A DNA stretch of 64,000 nt from an uncultured Acidobacteriota bacterium (GCA_963695945.1 CAVOIX010000072.1:12374-76373), one strand, 5' to 3'. Shown: positions 42,101 to 51,328, counted from the stretch's first letter. Translations and numbers: made by a program. The notes: generated by a model not told the origin, from the sequence alone.

Positions 42101-43150
42101 GCTCACGTTGCCGCCGAGCACCAGGGCTTCCAGATCGGGCAAATCCACACCGCGATTGTCAGCCATGTAGCTGCCGTGCAACGAAATATTTCCCGGGTGA
42201 AACCATTGGTATTTCAGGGTGACGCGGTCCGCGGTATAGCGTCCGCTGAAATTCATCTGTTCCGAGGAGTACGCGCCGTCTCCGGCAAATTCAATATGCG
42301 CGCCGGGCATTTCCCGCCTCTTAAGAATTGTCCACAAGTCTTCAAGGCGCAGCTGTCCGCGGTAGCGGAATTTCCAGGCGTCCGGCTGCGCAAAACTGGC
42401 CAAATCGGCCTGGGCATCGATTTCGCTGCCGCCGGTCTTCCATTGCAATTGCGTAATGGAAAACGATTCCGGCCGCAGCGTGAAGCGGGCGGAGAAATTT
42501 GACAGGAAGGGCAGGTTACGAAGCGCCGTGACTTCAAAGTTTTGCCAGCTGATCTGGCCCAGATAGATGGGACGCCCCTCTTCGCTGGCATACGTCGTTG
42601 CCAGCGCAAAGTTGCCGCCTTTGGCTTCCAGCGGTATGCGAACGTCGTTCCACAAGATCTGGCCGTCTTCCAGCCGCAGTTGCGCCACTTTCAATTCGAA
42701 TAAGGTATGGACATCCGGCGTCCCGGTGCTTGCGCGAATCGCCGGTCCGGGAATGTTGGTCAAACCGTTCTTGTCCACCTGCACGTGCGCGGAGAAATGT
42801 GACATCTCTACATTTCCCAACGAAAACTTGCGGCCCCAGAATGATTCGATGTGGACGCCAAACTGCAAAGTGTCCGCGTGAAATAACGGAGGACTGCCTG
42901 CGGGTTCGCGGCCGTGCAAGGTCAAACCGTCGAAACGCGCGGTGAGCAGGCGCCAGCCAAAATGAAAATTTCCCAGCTCAACGCGCGCCCCGGTGGTTCT
43001 TTCCAGCTGCTCGACGATCGTTCGCCGGGCCCAGCGATCCGCCAGCCCGCTGGCAATCGTGTAGGCGACTACCAGAGCCACAATGGTGGCCAGGGCGACG
43101 ACCAGAGCCAGGCCATGCCGTATCCCGAATTTTCGTTTTGTTCCGTTCAT
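39173..43150 (-). CDS. tamB: translocation and assembly module protein TamB (DUF490/AsmA-like)
   Basis: Intact 1325-aa ORF. It has an N-terminal TM anchor (LALVVALATIVALVVAY), a long beta-rich body and a DUF490-type C-terminus ...VTIEQQVSRGLVITYITDVTTTQYQVIQMEYTINREFSVVALRDENGTFGLDVVRKTRFK. Confidence 0.85.
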   Translation of the reverse strand: MNGTKRKFGIRHGLALVVALATIVALVVAYTIASGLADRWARRTIVEQLERTTGARVELGNFHFGWRLLTARFDGLTLHGREPAGSPPLFHADTLQFGVHIESFWGRKFSLGNVEMSHFSAHVQVDKNGLTNIPGPAIRASTGTPDVHTLFELKVAQLRLEDGQILWNDVRIPLEAKGGNFALATTYASEEGRPIYLGQISWQNFEVTALRNLPFLSNFSARFTLRPESFSITQLQWKTGGSEIDAQADLASFAQPDAWKFRYRGQLRLEDLWTILKRREMPGAHIEFAGDGAYSSEQMNFSGRYTADRVTLKYQWFHPGNISLHGSYMADNRGVDLPDLEALVLGGNVSSHLRVNLAKMDFRADTKIRGMNLHQAIDAENNPSLPINPLHWGSSMDVDATTTWVAAFQHVDSRGHSVWTPSTKPVAGQIPTAAEFDFHYSMDHKQFELPPGEISTPTSRIQFHGSLSTVETSMDLAVDTDDLTPWDDFINRLRGLDAQPQVIGGRFHWDGRLTGPLGGPMFAGRFQGTNAQYGSLYWDDLEGGLTYSPDILQIERGRVRRGKSSAELELALDLDNWGFDPESEWSFDINLVGADTDDLQKMLGTSYSARGLLTGRFHGKGTRAEPEFAGLFDVSNASSGAWRFERARGQLSMHPGEVRIANAEVRLAAHAPGAPAGIVTGNFDYHTGTGDVAFDFTGAAIPLESIENIQMARLPVAGRLNLQARGQGPLRAPELHATLRLIDLKLGNDVVGSFDGKVDSDGHHLSATIDSAMTSGRLAGKLDVGLEGDYPVSAQITAERIDFNPFLVSVLHLSHLTGHSLVDGHFDVAGFGARPETLAVEVNLSRLTLEIQSVKLENVSPVRLTYRRDEVRVEQASLRGPDTDFQVSGSARFAGEQALNLRVDGAVSLRLLTEFFPQLESTGRAQINALVAGTLNTPRLNGKVHIEGASLRYGDFPAGLSNVGGDFNFGANRMVFDNVVAETGGGRLTIGGTVSYGQGPLNYVLNARSDQVRIRYPIGMSWLVGGNLRLSGNADAATLSGRIVIDRLLMAEGFDLGSFMISAKEPAAGPSTTSSFLQNLQFDVQAESSPDSRMEWTGARLLTDANLRLRGTWEHPILLGHIHLLSGEMSFRGNQYTIARGDINFANPFRLDPVLNVEATTTIRQYEVTLDFTGPASRLTLAYRSDPPLPSSDIIELLALGQTGEESAARTATGQNSSLGASALLSEAISSQLGGRIQRLFGISHFSVGPSVATLNNTQQNSIASVTIEQQVSRGLVITYITDVTTTQYQVIQMEYTINREFSVVALRDENGTFGLDVVRKTRFK

Positions 43151-43172
43151 TTCTTCCGTTTTCGAATGCGCG

Positions 43173-43838
43173 TCAGGGAGTACCGCTTGCCGGCTCGATT
43201 TCGATTTTCACCCTCGACTTTGTATCGTCCAGCCACTTCGCCGTCAGGTCGCTGATCCCGCGCTGGGTCAGCACTTCACGGATCTGCTCCTCCACAGCGC
43301 TTTGCGCCGGCGCCGGCTGATGTTTTTTCGCCAGCTCCGGCAGCAATTCTTTTTTGTAATACGCATCAATATCCGCGGGCTCGACTCGCACCGTGGGCCG
43401 GAATTTATAATCGACATAGCGCTCGACATAAATCTGGCGGCTCAATAACCGGGCGACTTCCTCATCGCTAAGTTCCAGTTCGTTCAAACGGGAGGCGTAC
43501 TTCTCCGGGCTCGCAAAACTCCCCTTGAGCCGCGCCAGTTCGCGGCGGACCTCTGATTGCGCGGGCTCCGGGAAATGGGACGCCGTGGCTTCGGTCTCAA
43601 CCATCCATTGCTCGATCAATTCATCGAGCAGCTTGCCGTCGCTTTCCTTGTGGCCATCGATCAGCTGCTGCAGCGCGCCAAGCTCACGCACCTGGCTCTG
43701 CAGAATAATGTCATCCTCAATGCGCGCCGCAATGCGGTCCACCACATGCGCGGACTGCGCCGGTGTGCTCGCGGCAAAGGCCTGGGGCGCGCGCGACGCG
43801 CACCAGAGCAGGACGAAAATGAACCCGGCGCGGCGCAT
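43173..43838 (-). CDS. SurA N-terminal-domain periplasmic chaperone-like protein (no PPIase domain)
   Basis: 221 aa with a signal peptide, then VDRIAARIEDDIILQSQVRELGALQQL...EVRRELARLKGSFASPEKYASRLNELELSDEEVARLLSRQIYVERYV, which resembles the SurA/PpiD N-terminal chaperone module. Confidence 0.6.
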   Translation of the reverse strand: MRRAGFIFVLLWCASRAPQAFAASTPAQSAHVVDRIAARIEDDIILQSQVRELGALQQLIDGHKESDGKLLDELIEQWMVETEATASHFPEPAQSEVRRELARLKGSFASPEKYASRLNELELSDEEVARLLSRQIYVERYVDYKFRPTVRVEPADIDAYYKKELLPELAKKHQPAPAQSAVEEQIREVLTQRGISDLTAKWLDDTKSRVKIEIEPASGTP

Positions 43839-46800
43839 CAGAAGGTCGTCCCCAGATTGAAGAAGAATTGGAAGCCGGGCAGGCGCGAGACGCCCACTCC
43901 AGGATTGCCATTCACCGTGACCGGACTAATGAAGCCCGCCGGATTCAGCTGATAACCCAAGTCCAGCGCCACGGGACCGATCGGAGTGCTGTATCGGAAT
44001 TCAAATCCCAAGGTGTGTGAGAAGTACCGCAGCTCATTGGTGCAATTCGACAGGCATACCGTCGTGGGCATGCCGTTCGCGCCGGTGACATTTCCGAGAA
44101 TTGGCTTGGGAGGCGAGGTACGGAACGTGATTTCTTTTATGCTCGGGAACACGTTGCCGGCATCATAAAACACCGCTCCGCCCAGACGATCGCCAATCAG
44201 CGGCAAGTGCATCGGAAAGCGCAAGTCCTGATTGAAGATCAGCTCGGCCTGTCCGCCGATCGGAAATCCGGTAACAGGATCCCGCGGCCCAGCCTGGTTC
44301 AATCCAAATCCGCGAAGGGAAGTGCCGCCACCGGCGAAGAACCGTTCGGGAAGAGGGATATCCGTAGACACCGAATTCCCATAGACGGTCTGAACTCCAA
44401 GCCGCGTGGAGCGCGCGAATACTAATCTGCGCCCGATCGGAGTGTACGTGGAGTTCTGCAGGTACACGCGGATGAAATTTGCGGATGAACCGATTGCTTT
44501 CATGGCGATGTCCGCATCCACGTTTTCAAAATCACCGCGGGTCGGATCCGAGACGCTGTTGCGGCGGTCGCGGAGCCAGCTCACTCCGAATTCAGAGACT
44601 TCCGTATTCTGGCTGAATAGAGGAATTTCGTCGGCGGCGATCTGCACGTTGCTGGCAACCACGTGGCGGTATGCGTATTGGTAGAGAATCGAACTGGTCG
44701 AGGACAGTTTTTGTGCCAGACGGATGGTCCCCTCGGCCCGCCGCGAATCAAACGTTTGCACGTCGCGGCTGGTGATGTAATCGGCCAGCAGTTGCAGGTT
44801 GAAATTGGGGCTCGCGAAATAATTGGGCGCCATATACGTCAGCAGAGCGCGGCCTTGAATCGTGCTGACCCGGGCCTTGAAGGAAAGCGAGTCGGCGCGC
44901 CCGGTAAGGTTGGCTTTGGTCAGTTCGAGAGTACCGCGCGGCGCGAAACTAATGGATTGGGAAGTGGCGCTGGTCGCGCTGCCGAGGCGCTGCGCTTCAA
45001 AACCCAAACCGTAGGCGATGGTGTAGCGCCGAGCCTCATCCACCATGACCACAATCGTTTTCTTTTCGTCGTAGCCCTCGGGATTTTGCGGCGCGATCGA
45101 CACGCGGCTGAAAATGCCCAGATTGTAAAGCTTTCTTTGCGTCTCGACGACTGCGCCTTCGCTCAGCGGCTCCCCAGGCTTGATTCCTACCTGGCGTGAA
45201 ATCACCCCCGGACGCGTATGTTCGTAGCCGCCGATCAGGACTTTGGCCACCAGCACCTGGCGACCTTCGGTGATGTGATACGTCAAGCGAACGGTCGGAC
45301 CGGCCTTCGGTCCCGCCGGCGGCAATTTTTCAACGTTGGCCGAAAAGCGGGCTTCTGAAAATCCCTGGTCATAGTAGGTCGCCAGAATGTTGTCACGATC
45401 GGAGGACACGTTAAAGTCCGAATATGGCTGCCCCTTCGAGGAGCCCACTACTCCGAGCAGTTCATCGGTGCTTAGTTGCTGATTGCCGTCCAGCGATAGG
45501 CTGGAGACGCGCGTTTGCTGTCCCTCCTGGATCACAAATTTCACCGACAGATCTCCGTGATGTCCCTTGTAATCATCGATCAGCTGGCTCTGCACCTGCA
45601 CGTCCTGAAAACCGTTGGCGTCATACAGGGTGTGAATCGAAGTGACGTCATCCTGCAGCAGTTCGCTTGAATATCGTCCGGGAGACGCGTACGCGGCGGG
45701 CTGAATTTTCAACCGCCCGCGCAGCAGGCTCGAATCAAAATATTTGTTGCCGCCGAATTCCACATTCACCAGACGATGGTGGTCGCCACGGTCCACTTGA
45801 TAGGTGACCACCCTGGCCGCGCGATGCACCGCGCCGCCTGATTCAACCGCGGGAGCATCCGATACGGCGTAGCTCACCTGCGCGTCAAAGTATCCAGCGC
45901 GCTGAAAAAAATCGCGCAACGAGCGTCGCCCTTCCTGCAGCAGATCTTCATCCACCGCGCCTTCCTGATAGATCGGCACCAGCTTGCGCAGGGTTGCCGG
46001 GGAAATTTTCGCGCCGACCACCACCACGCGGACTTCCGATCCCGCATACAAAGTGAAATCGAGCGGCACGCGATTCGTTTTCGCGTCATACGCTCCGCGA
46101 TGGATGGTGACGCGGGCGCCGAGATAATCCTTGCCTGCCAGCCATTTTCTGGTGCGGTCGGAAATGCGGTTCAGGCGGTCCACGGTGATTTCCGCGCCCT
46201 CTTTGAGCCTTACCTGACTGCGCAGTTCGGTGTTGGAAAACTGCGTCTGATTCTGGATGGTGATGCCCCCCACGCGGGCTCGCGGGCCGGGCACCACGCG
46301 CACCACAATGTCCCGTTGCAGAGTATCGGGGTGCGGAGTGGTCAGGTAATCGAGCTTGGCCTGATACAGTCCGTCGTCCTCCATTGTCTGGCGAAGGCGG
46401 TCGAGCGCATCCTTCATGTCGCTGTCGCGGAATGGCTCGCCAACATTCAACCGCAGCGCGGAAAGAGCCAGCGCTTCTCCCGGCGGCTCATGCAAGCCTT
46501 CGATCTGCACGCGGTTAATATAGAAATTTTGCCGGACCACAAAATCCAGCCGCACTCCTCCAGCGACGTCGGTGAGTTCGGCGCGCAAATCCGCGTAGCG
46601 TCCGGATCGGAAGAGTTCTCGAAGACTGGCGCTTTCCGCTTCCATGGAAAAAAGCTGGCCGGTCTGAATGGTCAGGCCTTTAGGATTGTCGTCCAGTACG
46701 GCGCCGGATTCGGTAACGACGCGCACCTCGACCACGCGCGGTGGCGCTCCGGAGACAGCGTTCTGCGCGGCAAGCGAGGCGGCGCAGAGGAACCAGGACG

Positions 46801-46849
46801 CCGCCAGCCATGCGGCGAACCGTACGAAGGGGCGATGAGCGATGGGCAT
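43838..46849 (-). CDS. bamA: outer membrane protein assembly factor, Omp85/BamA family
   Basis: Intact 1003-aa ORF with a signal peptide and repeated POTRA-like segments. The C-terminal barrel carries the FFAGGGTSLRGFGLNQAGPRD loop motif and ends ...FQFFFNLGTTF. Its stop overlaps the next start (TGATG). Confidence 0.8.
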   Translation of the reverse strand: MPIAHRPFVRFAAWLAASWFLCAASLAAQNAVSGAPPRVVEVRVVTESGAVLDDNPKGLTIQTGQLFSMEAESASLRELFRSGRYADLRAELTDVAGGVRLDFVVRQNFYINRVQIEGLHEPPGEALALSALRLNVGEPFRDSDMKDALDRLRQTMEDDGLYQAKLDYLTTPHPDTLQRDIVVRVVPGPRARVGGITIQNQTQFSNTELRSQVRLKEGAEITVDRLNRISDRTRKWLAGKDYLGARVTIHRGAYDAKTNRVPLDFTLYAGSEVRVVVVGAKISPATLRKLVPIYQEGAVDEDLLQEGRRSLRDFFQRAGYFDAQVSYAVSDAPAVESGGAVHRAARVVTYQVDRGDHHRLVNVEFGGNKYFDSSLLRGRLKIQPAAYASPGRYSSELLQDDVTSIHTLYDANGFQDVQVQSQLIDDYKGHHGDLSVKFVIQEGQQTRVSSLSLDGNQQLSTDELLGVVGSSKGQPYSDFNVSSDRDNILATYYDQGFSEARFSANVEKLPPAGPKAGPTVRLTYHITEGRQVLVAKVLIGGYEHTRPGVISRQVGIKPGEPLSEGAVVETQRKLYNLGIFSRVSIAPQNPEGYDEKKTIVVMVDEARRYTIAYGLGFEAQRLGSATSATSQSISFAPRGTLELTKANLTGRADSLSFKARVSTIQGRALLTYMAPNYFASPNFNLQLLADYITSRDVQTFDSRRAEGTIRLAQKLSSTSSILYQYAYRHVVASNVQIAADEIPLFSQNTEVSEFGVSWLRDRRNSVSDPTRGDFENVDADIAMKAIGSSANFIRVYLQNSTYTPIGRRLVFARSTRLGVQTVYGNSVSTDIPLPERFFAGGGTSLRGFGLNQAGPRDPVTGFPIGGQAELIFNQDLRFPMHLPLIGDRLGGAVFYDAGNVFPSIKEITFRTSPPKPILGNVTGANGMPTTVCLSNCTNELRYFSHTLGFEFRYSTPIGPVALDLGYQLNPAGFISPVTVNGNPGVGVSRLPGFQFFFNLGTTF

Positions 46850-46960
46850 CTCTTCACAACAGGGCTAGGGTAGCATAGCCGGGGTTGCCTGCCCGGCGCG
46901 AATTCGCCGCGGAACGCGCAAAACACAACTCGATTTCATGCGCGGCGAACGTGGCGCTAT

Positions 46961-47044
46961 AGTAGGACAGGCTTCAGCCTGTCAGGTTTTACAGTAGCGA
47001 ACACATCAACCGTAACCCGGCAAGGTGAAACCTGTCTGAAAAAG
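46961..47044. repeat. pair of family-A REP-like hairpins
   Basis: agtaggacaggcttcagcctgtcaggtttt, about 30 nt, then caaggtgaaacctgtctg. Confidence 0.65.
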
Positions 47045-48102
47045 TGGAGCGGAACAGCGGAATGGATCCGAAATCGTACCAGCGCTACTCTCGCCAGATT
47101 CTTTTCGGCGAATTCGGCGAAGCCGGACAACAGCGCCTGCTGGAATCCTCGGCGGTAGTCGTGGGTTGCGGCGCACTGGGCACGGCCCTGGCAAATCTTC
47201 TGGTCCGCGCGGGTGTAGGAAAGCTGCGGATCGTGGATCGTGATTTCGTCGAGCCTTCCAACTTGCAGCGCCAGACGCTTTTCGAGGAGTCCGACGCGCA
47301 GGAAGCGCTGCCCAAAGCGGTAGCGGCCGAGCGCCGTCTGCGCGCCATTAATTCCGGAGTCTCGATCGAAGGCGTCATCGCGGACGTCAGCCCCCAAAAT
47401 GCCGAGGAATTATTACGCGGATTCTCGATCATTCTCGATGGCACGGACAACTTCGAGACGCGATTTCTCTTGAATGATGTAGCGATTCACCTGAATGTTC
47501 CCTGGATTTATGCCGCGGTAGTGGCCAGCTACGGGGTGACGCTCACGGTTCGTCCCGGAGAAACGGCGTGCCTTGCGTGCGCGTTGGAATCTGAGGGCGA
47601 GGACGATTCGCAGGCCGCGGGCATGGAAGATACCTGCGACACCATTGGTGTTCTGGGCGCGGCCGCCGGCGTAATTGCGTCGATCGAAGCCGCGGAGGCC
47701 ATCAAGCTGCTCTCCGGAAAATTAGAAGTGGCGGGTGGACGCCTGACATCCTTCGACGTCTGGTCGGGTAAATTTCAATCGGTGCGCGTGGCGCGCAATC
47801 CGGTATGCCGGGCCTGCGTGCGCCACGATTTCCGTTATCTGGAGGGCGAAGTGCAACCGCACTTGACCATGTGCGGCCGTGATTCTGTGCAAATTCACGA
47901 GCGCCGCCGGCAGCTCGATCTCTCCGCGCTTGGCAAACGGATCGCGCCCACGGTAGCCGAGGTGCGCGAGAACGGTTTTCTTCTGCGATTCCGTGTTCCG
48001 CCCTACGAAATGACCATCTTCGCCGACGGCCGCGCCATCATCAAAGGCACCCGCGACGCCAGCGTAGCCCGCTCGCTCTACGCCAGGTACATAGGAGTCT
48101 AG
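47044..48102 (+). CDS. ThiF/MoeB family adenylyltransferase (long form with C-terminal extension)
   Basis: 352 aa with YSRQILFGEFGEAGQQRLLESSAVVVGCGALGTALANLLVRAGVG (nucleotide-binding GxGxxG), DRDFVEPSNLQRQ, the Zn pairs CLAC...CRAC, and an extra about 95 aa ending ...TIFADGRAIIKGTRDASVARSLYARYIGV. An alternative ATG start is at 47062. Confidence 0.8.
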   Translation: MERNSGMDPKSYQRYSRQILFGEFGEAGQQRLLESSAVVVGCGALGTALANLLVRAGVGKLRIVDRDFVEPSNLQRQTLFEESDAQEALPKAVAAERRLRAINSGVSIEGVIADVSPQNAEELLRGFSIILDGTDNFETRFLLNDVAIHLNVPWIYAAVVASYGVTLTVRPGETACLACALESEGEDDSQAAGMEDTCDTIGVLGAAAGVIASIEAAEAIKLLSGKLEVAGGRLTSFDVWSGKFQSVRVARNPVCRACVRHDFRYLEGEVQPHLTMCGRDSVQIHERRRQLDLSALGKRIAPTVAEVRENGFLLRFRVPPYEMTIFADGRAIIKGTRDASVARSLYARYIGV

Positions 48103-48240
48103 TAGGATAGGGTTCGGCGTGTCCGGCTTAGATTCAGAAAAGGCGAGCATTGAAGTGTTAAAGGTAGCGGCGGCATTTCGAGCGATTTTGCGACTTTTCT
48201 ACAAGCCGGAGTGATTTACGATCCCGCGTGTCCAAAAATC

Positions 48241-48264
48241 AGACAGGCTGAAGGCTGTCCTACT
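48241..48264. repeat. family-A REP-like hairpin
   Basis: agacaggctgaaggctgtcctact. Abuts the hemerythrin-gene stop. Confidence 0.65.
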
Positions 48265-48755
48265 CAAACATCGCAAACATCGTTCTTGGAATGCAGGCGC
48301 GTTAGTCTCTGGCCCATGCTGTTGAGCTGCTCTTCGCCGAGAACCCGTTCGATACGCGGAAAAACTTCGTTTTCTTCCAACCGCACATGATCGTGCAAGA
48401 GCTTTCCGACGCGGCCTAGTTCCGCAGCGTCGATCGGAGTCTTTGCGGCGAGCCGCGCCTCAAAATCCCGCACCGCCGCACGAAGCTCCGCGTGGTCCGC
48501 CAGCACGCGCATCACTTCGGCATCCCGATCCAGCCGGGTGTGCCGCGCGTAGGCGGGCAGCAGCACCTCTTCCTCTTCGCGAAAATGCACGTTACCGGAT
48601 TTCTGCCAGAAGCGCACAAACTTCTCCGCCTGACGCGCGACGGCGGCCGCGCGCTTCTCCGCGGGCGCTTCCGCGGCACGGCGCATCCCCAGAGCCTGGA
48701 TCAGCGCGAAGTGGTGGTGCTGGCTAAGTGAATGGAGACTTGAGTGGCGCTTCAT
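48264..48755 (-). CDS. hemerythrin domain-containing protein
   Basis: ORF 48264..48845 trimmed to MKRHSSLHSLSQHHHFALIQAL.... It has the repeated H/E ligand pattern (HHH...HFREEEEVLLP...LADHAEL...LHDHVRLEENEVFP). Confidence 0.7.
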   Translation of the reverse strand: MKRHSSLHSLSQHHHFALIQALGMRRAAEAPAEKRAAAVARQAEKFVRFWQKSGNVHFREEEEVLLPAYARHTRLDRDAEVMRVLADHAELRAAVRDFEARLAAKTPIDAAELGRVGKLLHDHVRLEENEVFPRIERVLGEEQLNSMGQRLTRLHSKNDVCDV

Positions 48756-48792
48756 GGCGCGGCCGTTTTTTTCTTCAAACCGATGAAATGGT

Positions 48793-49149
48793 CTATCCGG
48801 TTCGTCCGATAGGGTGGCGCAGGGCGGCGCGGTCCAGGTTCTCACGCAGATTCATCAACGTGAGGAAGGTGTTCAGGACGCGGGCCTTCATTTCGTCCGC
48901 CAGGTGCAGCCCGCTGGTGGAGGCGCGGGCCAGCATTTCTCCCTGCTCGGCGATGAAGCGCACGATCTCCACATGGCGGGCATGTGGCGTCTTTCCATAC
49001 ACCGTTTCACGGCGCATTTGAGCGCAATCGCTTTCAACCTTCAGCGTGAAATGCAGCAGGCACAGGTGCGCGGGTTCGAGCGCCGCCGGCACCTGTCCCT
49101 TGCAACCGTTTTCGCTGCACACCGTTAGTGTAAGCATAGCGGGAGACAT
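48793..49149 (-). CDS. hypothetical Cys/His-containing small protein
   Basis: 118-aa ORF directly upstream of the hemerythrin gene on the same strand. The N-terminus has C-x4-C-x13-C-x2-H (CSENGC...CLLH). No family recognised. Confidence 0.45.
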   Translation of the reverse strand: MSPAMLTLTVCSENGCKGQVPAALEPAHLCLLHFTLKVESDCAQMRRETVYGKTPHARHVEIVRFIAEQGEMLARASTSGLHLADEMKARVLNTFLTLMNLRENLDRAALRHPIGRTG

Positions 49150-49398
49150 CAGTTGAGACTCTCATTGTATGCACCCTGCCTGCCAAAAATCTACTCGGTC
49201 CGCAAAGAGTGCTCCGAATCCGCCATCCTGTACGTTCGGCCACTCCCCGGACACACGCAGGCGGCCCCAAATGCACCGAGGGACAGGGCGAGTTACAATA
49301 CCTCGGGGCAAGGAGTTCCCTGTGGGGGTATCGACCGCCTTGGCCGGAAGCTTCCAAGCGTTCCAAATCTGAACGAATTCTGGAGACATTGTTTCATC

Positions 49399-51243
49399 AT
49401 GGAAAAGACACTCGAAAACGCCGAACAAATCCGTTGGGACCTTAGCATCCTTTACGCGGATATTACGGACCCACGACTGGACTCCGACCTAGTGCAGCTC
49501 AAAGGCATGGCCGGGCATTTTTCGAGCACCTACAAAGGCAAACTGGGGGAACTGCTCGGCGCGGCCATTAAGGACTATGCGGAAATCGAGATGCTCAGCG
49601 GAAAGGTTCACTCCTACCTGTTCTTGCGGGAGAGCACGGATCTGACCAACGCTGCGATCAAGGCCAGGCACGCCGCGGTTCAACGCGAATTGAGCGCCAT
49701 CAGCGGGGAGCATCTGACGTTCTTCGAACTGGAGCTGGTCCAGCTCCGCGATGAGACCCTGAAGACATTTTATGAGCGCGATGCCGTCGTTTCGAAGCAC
49801 CGCCCGTGGATCGAGCACATCCGCACATTCAAACGTCATTTTTTGAGCGAGCCGGTAGAGTCCGCGCTGGTGAAGCGTTCGCCCTTTAATTCCAGCTCCT
49901 GGAGCGACTTTTTTGACGAGGTGGAGGCCGATCTCAACTTTGAGTTCCGCGGCAGCGCGAAAAACCTCACGGAAATGATGCATCTGATCGCGGATTCCAA
50001 GGATGGGGGTGAGCGCGCGGAAGCCTTGAAAATCGTGAACCAAGGCCTGGCGGGGCCGTTCGCGAAATATTCCGCGCAGACGCTCTACATGGTGGCCGGA
50101 TTGAAAGCAGTCGAGGACAGCGAGCGCGGCTACGCCCATCCGATGGAACTTCGCAACAAGGCCAATCGCATCCCTGATTCTGTGGTCCAGGTTCTCCACC
50201 ATGCCGTGACGACGCTGGGTGGCTCCCTGACGCGGCGATACTACCAATTGAAGGCGCGGCACCTGGGATTGGGAGTGATGCGCTGGAGCGACCGCAACGC
50301 GCCCATGCCGTTTGCCGACACCACCGTAATTCCCTTTGATGAGGCCGCCGGCATCGTGAAAAGCTCCTACGAGAGTTTCAGCCCGACTCTGACTTCGCTG
50401 GTAAAAACGTTTTTTACCGACCGTCGCATCGATGTGCCGGTGGTGAAAGAAAAGCGCAGTGGAGCCTTCAATTCGTCCCACGTCCTGCCGGGCGGCAAAC
50501 CGGTGTCGTTCACCCTGCTGAACTATCTGGGCTCGAATCGCGACGTCATGACGCTGGCGCACGAACTCGGCCATGGAGTGCACGGCATCCTCGCCGGGGA
50601 AGCTCAGGGCCCCTTGATGTTCCACGCCCCGATCGCATACTGCGAAACTGCATCGGTGTTCGGCGAAATGACCACGTTTACTTTTCTGAAGGAGCGATTG
50701 ATCCGTTCGGGAGACAAACAATCGCTGCTAGCGCTGATCATGGCCAAGATCGACAGCACCATTAACACCGTGGTCCGCCAGATCGGCTTTTCCAATTTCG
50801 AGCGCCGCCTCCACGGCATGGACGAAACCTACACCACGTGGTCAGAGCCGGCGAAACGCTCCGTCGCGGAGCTGGATTCCATCTGGCTGAAGACGGCGCA
50901 AGAACTCTACGGAGCGGAAGGCGACATTTTCAGTTACGAAAACACCGAGCACCTGTGGGCGTATATCCCGCATTTTCACAGCCCGTTCTACGTCTACGGA
51001 TACGCCTTTGGCGAACTGCTGACGCAGAGCCTGTTTGCGCAGCGCCAGCGCCTCGGAGCAAAGTTTGAACCGCTTTACCTGGAACTGCTGCGTTCCGGAT
51101 CCACCAAGGACGTTGTGGAACTGCTCGCTCCGTTCGGACTCGACGCGCGCAACGAAGCTTTCTGGAAAGATGGAATTACCGTCAGCCTCGGAGCGCTGAT
51201 CGAGGAAGCGGAACAGCTGTCCCGCGAAATGGGCGTGATCTGA
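49399..51243 (+). CDS. pepF: M3 family oligoendopeptidase (PepF-like)
   Basis: ORF 49153.. trimmed to ATG 49399 (MEKTLENAEQIRWDLSILY). It has the zinc motif HELGHGVH plus a downstream E, and is about 614 aa. Confidence 0.85.
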   Translation: MEKTLENAEQIRWDLSILYADITDPRLDSDLVQLKGMAGHFSSTYKGKLGELLGAAIKDYAEIEMLSGKVHSYLFLRESTDLTNAAIKARHAAVQRELSAISGEHLTFFELELVQLRDETLKTFYERDAVVSKHRPWIEHIRTFKRHFLSEPVESALVKRSPFNSSSWSDFFDEVEADLNFEFRGSAKNLTEMMHLIADSKDGGERAEALKIVNQGLAGPFAKYSAQTLYMVAGLKAVEDSERGYAHPMELRNKANRIPDSVVQVLHHAVTTLGGSLTRRYYQLKARHLGLGVMRWSDRNAPMPFADTTVIPFDEAAGIVKSSYESFSPTLTSLVKTFFTDRRIDVPVVKEKRSGAFNSSHVLPGGKPVSFTLLNYLGSNRDVMTLAHELGHGVHGILAGEAQGPLMFHAPIAYCETASVFGEMTTFTFLKERLIRSGDKQSLLALIMAKIDSTINTVVRQIGFSNFERRLHGMDETYTTWSEPAKRSVAELDSIWLKTAQELYGAEGDIFSYENTEHLWAYIPHFHSPFYVYGYAFGELLTQSLFAQRQRLGAKFEPLYLELLRSGSTKDVVELLAPFGLDARNEAFWKDGITVSLGALIEEAEQLSREMGVI

Positions 51244-51283
51244 TGCGCGTGATTTGAGAGTGAACTGAGAGTACGTGAATGTT

Positions 51284-51328
51284 CGCGGAGAGCGCGCGCA
51301 GGAATTGGTGCGCTTCTCCCGCATTTTT
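51284..51328 (+). terminator. candidate intrinsic terminator after pepF
   Basis: Imperfect stem cgcggagagcgc...gcgcttctcccgc followed by ATTTTT. Confidence 0.4.

Noticed and set aside
40943-42502. 519-aa plus-strand ORF inside tamB, and similar long antisense ORFs (26683..27738, 36731..37747, 38885..39928, 49489..50721, 54123..55004, 55865..56980, 62741..63460)
   Set aside because: All lie opposite well-supported genes, are rich in Arg/Gly/Ala/His and carry no recognisable motifs. I treat them as shadow ORFs.
47800-48102. C-terminal 95-aa extension of the ThiF/MoeB enzyme as a novel E1 fusion, or a hidden ubiquitin-like system
   Set aside because: From memory, long Bacillus-type ThiF/MoeB proteins carry a similar extension ending in a ...DGR-x-I-x-GT-x-D...Y-x-RY-x-G pattern. 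No ThiS/MoaD-like, JAB or E2-like ORF is adjacent. A profile search would settle it.
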